From: Mayamaea pseudoterrestris
Lineage: Eukaryota
NCBI GenBank assembly: GCA_027923505.1
Contig: BROI01000003.1
Span: 124,001-188,000, forward strand
Direction of reading: 5' to 3'
DNA length: 64,000 nt
Shown one piece after another: positions 20,794 to 31,500 of the stretch. How positions within the stretch are numbered: the first letter of the stretch is position 1; each line of letters starts with the position of its first letter. A program made the position numbers and the translations under genes. A model generated the notes under the pieces. It was not told the DNA's origin. It worked only from the letters and a program-made list of their open reading frames with translations, and made no database searches.

Positions 20794-23700
20794 CACTCCT
20801 TTGGGCCGAGTAGTACTTACTGCTCGAGGCCAGATTCATAACCAGGTTGCGGAGCTTTCCAAACTGGGCTCCCTGCAATGGTTTCGTAAAGAAATCCGCG
20901 ACCATGTCTCCGGTCGGACAATGCTCAATGTTGACTTCACCAGCAGCCACGCGATCCTTCACAAAGAAGTACCGAACATTCATGTGTCGCGTGCGCTTTG
21001 TACTTGAGCTTCTGCCATTCTTTTCCAACAGCATTGAACTCATATTGTCTTGATACAATTTCGTGTCCTTGACCCCGAAACCTTGCGCCTTCAGAAAATA
21101 TCCTGTCCACAGCAACTGCGGTAGCACATCATGAACTCCCACGACTTCACTCTCCGTCGAGCTTCTTGTTACCAACTTCTGTTTAGCCGACGTGCTGTAC
21201 ACTGACCCTTGGCCAAGTGTCATTGTTCCACCAGTGTGACCCTTCATGTCTGGGTGTACCGCGTACGACGCGTCGACCCACCACTGGACTACTCCGGACT
21301 GGTCCGCCTTCAGCGTCAAAACCATGTCCACGCTCCCGCGTAAATACTTCACCACTCTTGCAGCCTTCTTATAGTCGTCTTCGTCCGGCTGTTGCAACCT
21401 CGTGCTCAAGAAAGAAATTGCTGTGCGAATGTCCGGTCGCGCACGCTGGCTCAGGTACAGACACTGCATCACAATTGTCACAAAAATGCTCTTCTTTTCT
21501 TCGCTCAGCATGACTGGATTTTCCGAAATCTGAAACAAGTGACTGGCCGCCGGAGTCGCTGCCGTTCCATCCATGTCGCCTGGCGCATGATGGAGCACAT
21601 TCTTCACATAGTCAATCATGTTGATTGCTACTTCTCCAGGCTTAGTATAGTCCAATACCATGCCGAGGTAATCGTGTACTTTTCCACGTGACTTGTTCAT
21701 TGGAGTCTCCTTACCGAACTCCTCATCCATCTGCGCGATGAACTCATCCACGACGCTCACTTCAACGTGCGAAATCTTCAAATCATCCACGTGCCATCCC
21801 ACGGTGATTTGCTTTCCATTGACCATCTTGTTACACACACATGGATCATACGGGTTCTTCTCAAAGCCCCACTCGAGCAATTTTGCAGACAACTTCTCCC
21901 AGAACAGTCGCGCTGCTCGCAGTGTGCCGTAAAGTGCCATGAGTAATTCAACGTACATGACTTTCTCGCCGTTCTCCATTGTGACGCAAGGCTCGTACAT
22001 TTCGCGATCAATCTCCAACAGTAGCTCCACCATCTTCCCAGTGAAACGAACGTGCACCAACTCGTCCATTTCCGCTTGCATGAACGCGCCCGGAACATCA
22101 ACCACAGCAACCTCGCGTCCTTCCATAGCGTCAATGATTGCCGTCAGAAAAATGGCCTCAGTCGCTATCGTGGGAGATGCCGCGTCTTCCTTCGCAGTGT
22201 ACGCTCGTTGCTTGCGTCCATCTGCACATCCGCGTCCCTTCACAGTTCCGCACCGCTTGCGCTTGAGAAACATCAAATATGCCAGCGCATCCTTACGCTG
22301 CTGTGGAGTCAAAGTGCACTGGGGGACTGCCTTCATGACGTGTCTATCGTGTAGCTGCTGCATTTCCTTGCGCACTGCCTCCACTCCAGCATCGCCAAAC
22401 GCCTTCAAACCTTGCCGCATATTCATCTGCGCCGTGACGAGTGGCTCCGACACTTCCTCTGCAGCGTCGAGCGTGAACAAATGAGCGAACGATCGAGGTT
22501 TGCGCGCACGCAGGCCATACCGACCAGTGCGTGGGCCATAGCGCGCATCGAAATCCTCTTCATCTGCAGCAGCTGGCACTCCTTCAATTTCGCCTTCATC
22601 GACTCCTTCAATTTCGCCATCATCCATGGCCGGCGCGTCGTCAAGTTTGCCTTCAATGGCCTCACCATCCTCATCTTCCGGCACTCCTTCGATTGCGCCG
22701 TCAGCACTATCGTCGTCGTCGCTGTCGTTGTCGTCATCGGTCGCATTCACTCCTTCGCTTCCGCCGGCAGAGTCGTCGTCGCCGCGAGAAGCGTCGTCAT
22801 CGTAATCAGAGTCATCATCATCCTCGTCGTCATCAGCGTGCCACATGACTGGCTCAGCAGCCTCCGCAACACGGCGGCGGTCCATGAACACGATGCCCGG
22901 ATTGGCCTTCTGTTGACGAGCGAGACGATGCACGCGCTCAATGACATCATCAGGCATGGGCAAAGGCGTAGCGTGGCCACGATTCAGAATTTTGCCCGAG
23001 GACAAACTGAGGAAATAAAACCCGCCCTGCACATTACCAGTTGGGCGCAGAGCCAGCGCACCAATCGTGCGCGCCTGCATGTCATTGCTGTGCGACTCAT
23101 GCGTTTGCACATACTGACCGAATTCATACTTGCAATGCCGATTAAAGTCAACTGTCTGACCAGTCACAATGGTACGTGGACTGAGATCCTTCGAAATGCC
23201 ACGCTCGTTCGGAAACGCATTCAACCAAAACACGGCAGACTTCGTCATTTCGATAACCAATCGTGCCGGCACGTGCTTAAACGGCAACGTGTTGTATGTC
23301 GCGCGCACCCGTTCCTTCACGACACGGATAAAACGTTCGATTTCGCCAACGTGCTCATCCTCAGACGTCGCATTGAGCGCCACTCCGAGATCAGCCAACG
23401 CGCCAAGCATTGGAGCGAACTCCCCATCCATCAGAGCCGCAACGACACGGAACCCACCGCGTGCGTAAATCTTCAACACAGACTCGATTGCCTTCAACAT
23501 AACCGGAAGCGTACGGTTTTGAATCACCTCGACCGTAGCAAAACGAATGCTGCGGGAGAACGTCACCAACATAGGGACCTTGTTGATATACATGATGTCT
23601 GCACAAAGAGTAACGTCTCGATAGCGACTCATGATAGCCGGTGGAAGCTGCTCAACAATCGCAGGCTTCACCAGATGCGACGCGCGACGCGTCGTCTTTC

Positions 23701-25012
23701 CTTTTAACGAGCCAACATCGGGTCCAAAGATGTGCTCAGCCGCCAGGATGTCGGCTTTTGTCACGGGGCAGTTCGGCAACTGATTGCTAGTAACGATGCG
23801 CAGGTAATCCTTGAGGCTTGGCCGTCCAATTTTGATTTGCAATTCCCTAGCTCTAACAGCGCGTAAATAGTCATCATTGGTGTAGTTAGTACGGTTATCG
23901 TCTACCGTAGTCAACATCGCCACTCCATCCTTGACATCGCCGCGCTTGCCCTTCGAAAAACTCTCGCATACATACAGCCCAGAGTCAGTCTCGACAAACT
24001 CTCGCTGCTTACCGTCCGGCTTCTCCACGACGAACCTTGGACGCTCCATGCCGTGCATGAGATACTCCACGGTAAACTTCTTCCGGACTTGCGCCAAACT
24101 CAAAATGTTCGCCAGCCCCTGCGGATACCACCACACCGGACCATAGCCCTCCAAGTCGCCCATCATGTTCGTCCTCACTGTACCAGCATTGCACTTGATC
24201 ACCATCCACGTTGGTACCGGGCGAATGTTCGTCAGCATCTTGGCGTTGCAGAACAGATCCACTGTCGACTGATTGTCCAAAAGCACGGCCTTCTTCGAAA
24301 TGTTCACTTTCGACTTCGGCGGCTGCGCGAACATGTAGCCGATCTCGTCGTCGTCGTCGCTATCTTCCTCGCTACCCAGCGTGAAGTGCTGCGCTCCACT
24401 AGCCTCTGCAGCCGGCGCACTCTCCGTAGACTCCGTTCTAGTAGGACAGTCTCGCTGCACATGGCCAACCTGTTGGCAGATCCAGCACCTGGGAGGGTCA
24501 CGCGCGGTACCAGTCGTGTGGAACGCCACGCCCTCGTTCGTTGGCAGCGTGGCTTCGCCATCTGCGTGCTCACGACGCTGCATGATGTTGTACGCATCGT
24601 GGATCGTCAACGGGAAATTGTCATGCCCGTCGAGATAGCAGTTGCGCAAATGCTTGCAATACCCAGCGTACTCGCCCGTCGCGCCACACACGAAAAGCAT
24701 CGCAAGCTCAAGCTCCTCGGCGGCCTTGATGTCCTCAGCGGTAGCCTGAGTACGGTTGTCATCCTTGGCAATGTTCGACGCGACAATATCATTGTGCATC
24801 GTGACGCCAACTGCCTTCGCGACATCTGCCAGCGTGACCATGCTTTCGTAGTATTTCTGCAGGCTTTCGCGCGCTCCTTGAGTACTTCGAACAACTCGGC
24901 TGAATGTCCACGACGACAAACACTTCCAAAATCGTGCCATCCGATGCGGTCTGGGTTGAAGCAAAGGAAATAGCAAGACCAATTTACTATTGCCTTGCTT
25001 TGAGTGATGCAT
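20723..25012 (-). CDS. Copia Gag-Pol polyprotein (uninterrupted 1429-aa ORF; first ~32 aa derive from host repeat copy A')
   Basis: CCHC knuckle CWICQQVGHVQRDC; protease LLDNQST; integrase ADIMY / MDGEF / EIERFIR; RT VDVPGAF, LYG, WHVDDL; RNase H VDASYAVH, SSTESE, QDN, ADFFTKPL. Confidence 0.9.
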   Translation of the reverse strand: MHHSKQGNSKLVLLFPLLQPRPHRMARFWKCLSSWTFSRVVRSTQGARESLQKYYESMVTLADVAKAVGVTMHNDIVASNIAKDDNRTQATAEDIKAAEELELAMLFVCGATGEYAGYCKHLRNCYLDGHDNFPLTIHDAYNIMQRREHADGEATLPTNEGVAFHTTGTARDPPRCWICQQVGHVQRDCPTRTESTESAPAAEASGAQHFTLGSEEDSDDDDEIGYMFAQPPKSKVNISKKAVLLDNQSTVDLFCNAKMLTNIRPVPTWMVIKCNAGTVRTNMMGDLEGYGPVWWYPQGLANILSLAQVRKKFTVEYLMHGMERPRFVVEKPDGKQREFVETDSGLYVCESFSKGKRGDVKDGVAMLTTVDDNRTNYTNDDYLRAVRARELQIKIGRPSLKDYLRIVTSNQLPNCPVTKADILAAEHIFGPDVGSLKGKTTRRASHLVKPAIVEQLPPAIMSRYRDVTLCADIMYINKVPMLVTFSRSIRFATVEVIQNRTLPVMLKAIESVLKIYARGGFRVVAALMDGEFAPMLGALADLGVALNATSEDEHVGEIERFIRVVKERVRATYNTLPFKHVPARLVIEMTKSAVFWLNAFPNERGISKDLSPRTIVTGQTVDFNRHCKYEFGQYVQTHESHSNDMQARTIGALALRPTGNVQGGFYFLSLSSGKILNRGHATPLPMPDDVIERVHRLARQQKANPGIVFMDRRRVAEAAEPVMWHADDDEDDDDSDYDDDASRGDDDSAGGSEGVNATDDDNDSDDDDSADGAIEGVPEDEDGEAIEGKLDDAPAMDDGEIEGVDEGEIEGVPAAADEEDFDARYGPRTGRYGLRARKPRSFAHLFTLDAAEEVSEPLVTAQMNMRQGLKAFGDAGVEAVRKEMQQLHDRHVMKAVPQCTLTPQQRKDALAYLMFLKRKRCGTVKGRGCADGRKQRAYTAKEDAASPTIATEAIFLTAIIDAMEGREVAVVDVPGAFMQAEMDELVHVRFTGKMVELLLEIDREMYEPCVTMENGEKVMYVELLMALYGTLRAARLFWEKLSAKLLEWGFEKNPYDPCVCNKMVNGKQITVGWHVDDLKISHVEVSVVDEFIAQMDEEFGKETPMNKSRGKVHDYLGMVLDYTKPGEVAINMIDYVKNVLHHAPGDMDGTAATPAASHLFQISENPVMLSEEKKSIFVTIVMQCLYLSQRARPDIRTAISFLSTRLQQPDEDDYKKAARVVKYLRGSVDMVLTLKADQSGVVQWWVDASYAVHPDMKGHTGGTMTLGQGSVYSTSAKQKLVTRSSTESEVVGVHDVLPQLLWTGYFLKAQGFGVKDTKLYQDNMSSMLLEKNGRSSSTKRTRHMNVRYFFVKDRVAAGEVNIEHCPTGDMVADFFTKPLQGAQFGKLRNLVMNLASSSKYYSAQRSVLSTDENPNRSGSGDVTKTVTFK
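20794..20803 (-). other. Polypurine tract
   Basis: Minus-strand CAAAGGAGTG directly precedes the LTR TGTTG. Confidence 0.75.
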
Positions 25013-25418
25013 CTATATATGCCACTGGCACGACTGAATGACAGGTTTTGAATTGCCTTGAATGCCTTGTGACCTGCTTGTCAGCATTCGGTGCAAGCAT
25101 ATTGTACACTATACTCTATACTCGATTCAAATTGATGTCCGACAATTTGCTGCTGTCTCAGACGAGCCAAACGCGTCAATCCTCAAAAGATCGCCAAAGC
25201 CAAAGGGTCAATCGATCCTTGGAGTTGAGCCAGCCTGCAATGACCAATCGTCGGCGAGCCCCGCTTCCTTGGCCAATGCATTATTGGAAGATCCGCTACA
25301 TTGTGGGCCGGCAGAACCTCATTCGGAGTTGCGAAGAAAATGGGACGCTGATGCTGACCATACCGTAGGCTTTGGGAAGCACGAAAGCCAGCACAACGCG
25401 CTTCTGCAGTACTCCGAG
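24917..25418. repeat. Direct repeat copy A'
   Basis: Diverged copy of 20107-20582, offset 4810 nt at its left end; abuts the broken gag. Confidence 0.9.
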
Positions 25419-25541
25419 CACAAGCTTGCAGTCCCGGTAGCTCAGCGACTCGGCGTCGCGTAGAGCGCCATCTATGGCTATCGCGCTATTATGTGATAGA
25501 TATGATAATATACATTTATGAAGTCATAGTAGAGTTATTGT

Positions 25542-28500
25542 TTAATCGCTCGTGTCGCTCAACGAATCGGACGGCAGCTCTAGATAGGCGCTCTTGAAAA
25601 TTTCTGACGCCGAGTCGACAGAGTCTTGCGATGGCCGATGGAGCGATCTTCGTGGGGGATCTGCATGTAAATTATCATTCAGGTTGTTAATGGTCGTTGG
25701 CTGCACTTCGCCGACTGCAGCGTTAAATTCGTCGCTCTCCAACAATGCATCAGCGGATGGCGCGTTGGAAACCGACGCTTGCGCCCTCTCTCTCGGCAGT
25801 TGCAACTTTAATCTCGCGATTTCTTTGCGTAAGACTTCCAAGTCCTCCTCGGAAACGTGGGCTTTCGCTGACTGCTGCTGCACTTCATTCCGTAGTTTCA
25901 TGAGCTCGAGCCGGATTTCAGCTACTACTTCACTTTCAGGTCCAGAAGTTTTCAAGGCTTGCTCAGAACTAAAGATCAAAAGACGTTCCATCAACCTCTC
26001 CATTCGGTCCATCCGATTCTCCGTGGTCTCCGGAGCATGGGCTGTCAAACCTGGTGTGGTGTCTGTAAATTCTTCAGGTTTCAAAACCTTCTTCTTCGAC
26101 TCGGACCCAAGGAATGGCGCACGAGCTCTAATCGATTTCAAAATTGAGTCATTCCCCTGCATATTCATTTTCGACGAGTCAAGTTGCTTATTCGTATCCG
26201 CGATCGCACCGGTGGAAGGCATCTGAGATCCTGGGAAAGAGATAGACGTGTCTTGAGCTTCAATATCTTCTTCGTTCCAAGTTAAAAGCTTTTCAGTTGA
26301 TCGGGATTCTTGGTCGGGGGTATCGGCATTAGCTGGCAATGTGCCGTCGCGAAAGAGCTCATGACTTATATCATCGGACAGACCAGGTCCGAGCTTCCTC
26401 CTTCGGTCTCTTTTTCTAAGAAACGGAAGCATATCCGCTCCAGTTTCGAGGAACCCATCAGCAATCGAAGGAAGGGGCGACGCAGCCCATTTCTTGAATT
26501 TGGAAAACCGCGATTTTCCTGTGTGGTTGGCACTTAAAGGCTTGGCAACGCTTGTATTGTCATCAATATCAACATTATCAAGCAGAGTGACGTCTGTGGC
26601 GGTGTCGTGATCGTATATTGCTCGAGCTCGGGCACTGATTAGCCACTCTGGGCCTCCCTCCTTCTTTGAGCTTTCAAGCTCACTCAAAAGCGTCACGCTT
26701 AGTCGTTGCTCTTGCAGCATCACCTTCTGTTCAGCTTGCGGTTTGCCCTTTAAAACATAAAACGTGTTTTCGTCCATCCATGGAAGGTTATCCAGTATTT
26801 TTGCAGAATCGGCGTGATCTTCTCCAAAAGCTTCATGCTCTGCGTCCACTGGTGAGAATTGGTACATTCCAAATGAAGTATATCCTTGAGAGCTTGCGGG
26901 GTGTCCCAAAGATGGGTCAAAGACGACGGCGTCGAAGTTCCCCGTCATGCAAGAAATGGCATTATGCAACCTAGCCAACTGCGCCCTGCTATCGTATTCA
27001 GCAAGAATTGTGAACCATTCAAGGAGCTCGCCCTGGTCTCCTGTTTGGGTGCCATGAAATTGGCCTTCTCCGTCCAAATCAAAACCTAATCGGTTTGCTA
27101 GAGAATCTGGATCGGCAGGGAGATCAGACAACCCGTCCAGGCTTTCAGCGTCCTTTGCTGCGTCATCAGTTTCGCCCATTTCCTCGACGATCTCAAAAGT
27201 GACCGCTTTTGTTGTGTCTCGCTGTTGCTTCGCTACAGTCACTGTAAGCGCCACGCCATTGTGTCCATGCTCAGAGAGTCGAGACGACACGACAGCTCCC
27301 AGAGCTAGTGAAACCTCCCAACAGATCGAGGTCACAACTGAACCTGAAGCATCCTTCCTCGCTCTTATGACAATGACGCGGCAGGACGTAAGAATCAGAT
27401 ATGTATCACCGGAGACGCTGGAAAGCACTTCGACATGAACAATGACTTCGTCAAAGTTTAACTGCTTCAGAACTGATTTCTTTAGTGGGTATCGCTTCAG
27501 TAGTATGTTTGCACGAGCAGCGACTCTTTCGAAGGGTGCAAGTACATACATTAATCCGAAAATATATGGAAGACGAAGCTTTAACGCCGGTTGTCGACGT
27601 TTGTCCAATACATTGACGCTCTTAGCGATGTCGTGAATGGATGCAGAAAAGTGGGTCAAAGCGTCAAGAACTCCAACGAGAGGTTTTGTGACGATGCCAA
27701 TAAGTCCACTCGCCATACCCTTCATCAAACCAACGCTTCCGTCGCGTCGATAGCCCTTAACAGGGGCGACGAAAATCCCAGTCATCCCAAATGCAACACC
27801 GAATAGAACATCAGCGACAACTCTTACAACCATCGCCTTAGCACTTTGAACCCCTCGACGCTTCCACTCCCTCGACAAGTTGGTCACCTCGGTTACGATC
27901 TTGTCACGATGCCAAATTCTGTACTCGTCGTCAAGCGTTACCCAAGCAATCCCCTGCCCTGCTGCAGCTGACACCTTAGCCCCAAAACCAAAGAAACCAC
28001 TGGCGCAGTATGAAAAGAGTGACAAGGTCCCCTTCGCGACGCCAATCCCCACTCCTGATGCATCTGTAGGAGATCTCATGAATGCTTGCGATGGAGTCAA
28101 GACCAAATCACGGACTCCTGAAAAGAAAGAGTTGAAGAGCATCGTCGGGTTGCCAACAAAGTCTAATGAGCCAATGAGTCGATAAAGCTGCCGCAACGTT
28201 TCGTTTACATAGAACTTTCTGATGTTTAACAAGATCTCGCCGGGTCTCTCGAAAATGTGGTTCAATGCCTTCCCTTGCAATCGGATGGGTGCATCCGACA
28301 CATTTGGAATAAGACTTGCCAAAAGCTGAGGAAACGTTACTTTCCCTAGAAACAGATTGTGTCAGAGATTACAGCACAACACGATACCAATAAATTTCAT
28401 GATTCTTACCTTTTTGGTCTAGCTGTTCATCGTCGGCTGTATGTTGTGCCCAACTCATGAGCGCATCCGAACTATCATGAAACAATGACGATGAGTTGAC

Positions 28501-31500
28501 CAACACTTCCGTATTTTTATATGCGCGGCGTCTGCGCGTCTTTTTTTCAACAAATCCGCCTTGGCTTGTCAGCTCCCACGCCTGCTTTTTCCCTTTCAGG
28601 TACGAGAGATTTACTTTGACAACACCCAAAAAAAGCTGCTCGATATATAATTTTGTGGCGTTCGGCAAACTTTCGTCGCCGCCGCAATGAAGAAGCGAGA
28701 TTATCGCTTCAGGTGACGAATCTCTCTGCATTTTAAACACGCTCTCTGCGCCAGCAATTGATTGCATCAATGTATCGTCAATGGTTTGATTTGCTTTGAC
28801 AAGAAATCCACGTCGTAGCCTGACGGAATTTATAAAGTCAAATACATCAAACAAGATACTCTCCTCAACCGTGAGATCAAATTCCGCAACGGAAACATCG
28901 ATGAAGTCAAGTGAGATAACCTCAGATATACTTCGCACATTGTCTTTGACCGCAAGTGCTTGTATAACTGGTCCTACGTAGCTCATTGGTGTAGGTGCCA
29001 GAACGACGGGCTCCCGGGCATTGTCATCTTGTTGATCTATCTGTAACCAGCCTATCGAAATAGCATACCGTGTCTTTGCCTTCGTGGTCCAGTACCTCAA
29101 ATCAATGTCTGATATAGAAAGGGACAACAATTCAAATGCCCTCTGAGAATCAATCAATGCTAATGAAATTCGGCCTATGTCAGCGTAGAAGTATTGTTGG
29201 ACCGACAGTTCGCCATTCGCCTTTGATGGAATCTTCCGTGACTCCGCCTTGGAAATAGTGGATACTGAACCATCGTGTGACGGTTGAGACAAATGATTCT
29301 CGAAATGCTCCTCGTTGTTAGAGATGACGCTGTCAGGGAACCACAGGATTGATAGCTGGATGCAAGGAGCGAAATATTCTTTAAACATGCTATCGTTCAA
29401 TTTCTCAGATTCTGGGGGCCTGTAGCTCAACCCCCAGTCGCCTTCCACGGGAACTACATCCTTCGGATCCATAAGCGGGAACCACCGCGAGTAAGCTTGC
29501 GACGAAGCAAATTCGTGCACAGACGCAGCGTTTTCGTTCGCGCAGTCGATGCATGCCGATATGGTGGATCCCAGCGGAAGATGCAAAACGCCAAGCTCAG
29601 TTTTGGAGCTCAGATTGGGATGACTTTTCTCCCCAAAAACGGACAGTCGGATAAAGCCGCTTGTTTTGCGCGGTGCTATGTGGATCAGCATGTCATTTGG
29701 GCCGTACTGAAAAGATTCATGGTCCATTGCAACAGCTTTCCTATTCCAAGTTGGTGTAACTTTTGCGTCGACTGTCTCACTCACGAGAGTCTCTGGGCCA
29801 AAAGAGACACGCACAAACATACCAGTATATGAGTCAGGGAGATTTAGCGCGGTGTGAAGGCGGATCACCACCCAACCACCAGGATGCAATACAGCTTCCG
29901 ACTTTCGCTTTGTTGCACGTTCAAAAAGCTGATGGGCATTTTTTAGCGCAGACACCTGTTCAATAACCTGGGCTGTCAAAAAGGAAGGAGCAATAGCAGG
30001 GAGGCGAAGTCGGGCGGTAAATGGCGCAGAATCATCAAAGCCAGGAGAAAGCTCCGATCGCTTTATTGGTCTGATCGCCCTCAACTTCACCAAGACTTCG
30101 TCCTCTTTCGCGAAAGCCTCTAAATCATGGTCTTGAAACAACGCGTTAGAGGCCGACCATAATTTAAATCGCCTTACAGTGACAAATCCTGCCGCCTCAG
30201 GGCGAGCAAGCATAGTTTCTAGCATTTCATTATGCACCTCAAGCGGCGCGAAAGCTTTTGCTTCTTGATGCTCGCTACGTTGTTTTGATACAAACTGCCC
30301 CACTTCCTTCTTCGATCGACGTTTTATATGCGCATGCCCGTTTTTCACGGGTGATGACGCCCAGTGACTATGATATGATCGTATAGGTGCGGGATGCTCG
30401 TACTGCTGCATCCTGTTTGATTTTTCTTCGGTACGCGGCAACCTGGGAGGCGTTAGCCGCTTAGACTTTTTCAATTGCGTCGAAAAGGAGACCAAATCAT
30501 GTACTCGAACGCGTTGAAAGCCATCTGTTGCATCGAACTTACGCTCTTGCACTTGGCGCTTTTTGTCCAGCTGTTGTTTCAATCCTTGCAAACTTCGATT
30601 CAAATCTAGGAGCCTTCTTTCTGATAAAAGTATGAAGTAGTTTAGTAAGGAAGTGCTCGAATATATCCATTGAGCACTGATCCGCACTGATCCGCGCCCC
30701 CAGTGAGAAAGCGCATTGTCGAGCTCTTGGCGACCTGTCCTCCCAGCTAGAGGAAACCAACCATCTAAAGGTTTTTGATCACGAAGACTGTGAAGTTCAA
30801 CTTGTGCCCTCCCCAAAACCTTGTGGTTTGCAAAAGCTCGGAAATTACGTAAACGAATCGTCAACGAGTGGCCCCTAGGTGTCTCGATTGCTTCCGCCGG
30901 GACATCAAATGTAAACGTCTGTGAATTCCAAGATGGACACACTGTTTTCTTAATGTAGTACGTCTTATGAAGCGGTCTTTTGCGAAACATATCGCGTCGT
31001 CCGTTGCTTTTTAATGAAACCTCGGCGTATGGGTTGCACGCGCCGGCAAAGGTATCGGTATCAAGCCCATTGGCTTCATGTATAGTTACGACCAATTGGT
31101 GGCGTCTAGTAACCATCGGATCTTCTGGAAAGTTGGCCATCAGCTTCTGTGCTTCCTCGACAATGGAATCGGATGGCGAATCCTCCGGAAGACTATCAAG
31201 CGCAGCAACAAGCTCCTTCAAGTGTTCGTTGCGAGACCTCTCTTCTGTTTGAATTCCGTCTAACGTTTGTAGATGGTTAGCAAGTTCTGCTTCATCCCCT
31301 TCTGCAGAGGCATCTTGAATTGTAAGAACGCGAGTGTTACCAGTAACATTCGTGACAAGTTCAAAACACCGAGCGCTTGCCCCATCAGTTCCAGCGCACG
31401 TCAACAGATCCCTAAATCCAATTTCTTCCAGACGAACGCTAACAGGTGCTGAAAAAACGGCGTCCTCTTCATCTCTAACATGTTGCAAAAGTGGTTGACG

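Larger units (their letters stand above)
20583..24916 (-). mobile_element. Ty1/copia LTR retrotransposon (diatom CoDi-like), 5'-truncated: partial gag plus full pol, PPT and 3' LTR
   Basis: Domain order is PR-IN-RT-RH. PPT and a TGTTG...CAACA LTR are present at the 3' end. There is no second LTR or PBS, and gag ends abruptly at 24916. Confidence 0.92.

Noticed and set aside
22412..24973. Long plus-strand ORFs (431 aa and 306 aa) antisense to the copia pol
   Set aside because: Shadow ORFs expected from the codon bias of a GC-rich sense ORF; no motifs.
20107..25418. The ~0.5-kb direct repeats as the element's two LTRs
   Set aside because: They lack TG..CA termini, there is no PBS, and they are too diverged for an intact ORF. 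The PPT instead abuts a separate 211-bp TGTTG..CAACA LTR.
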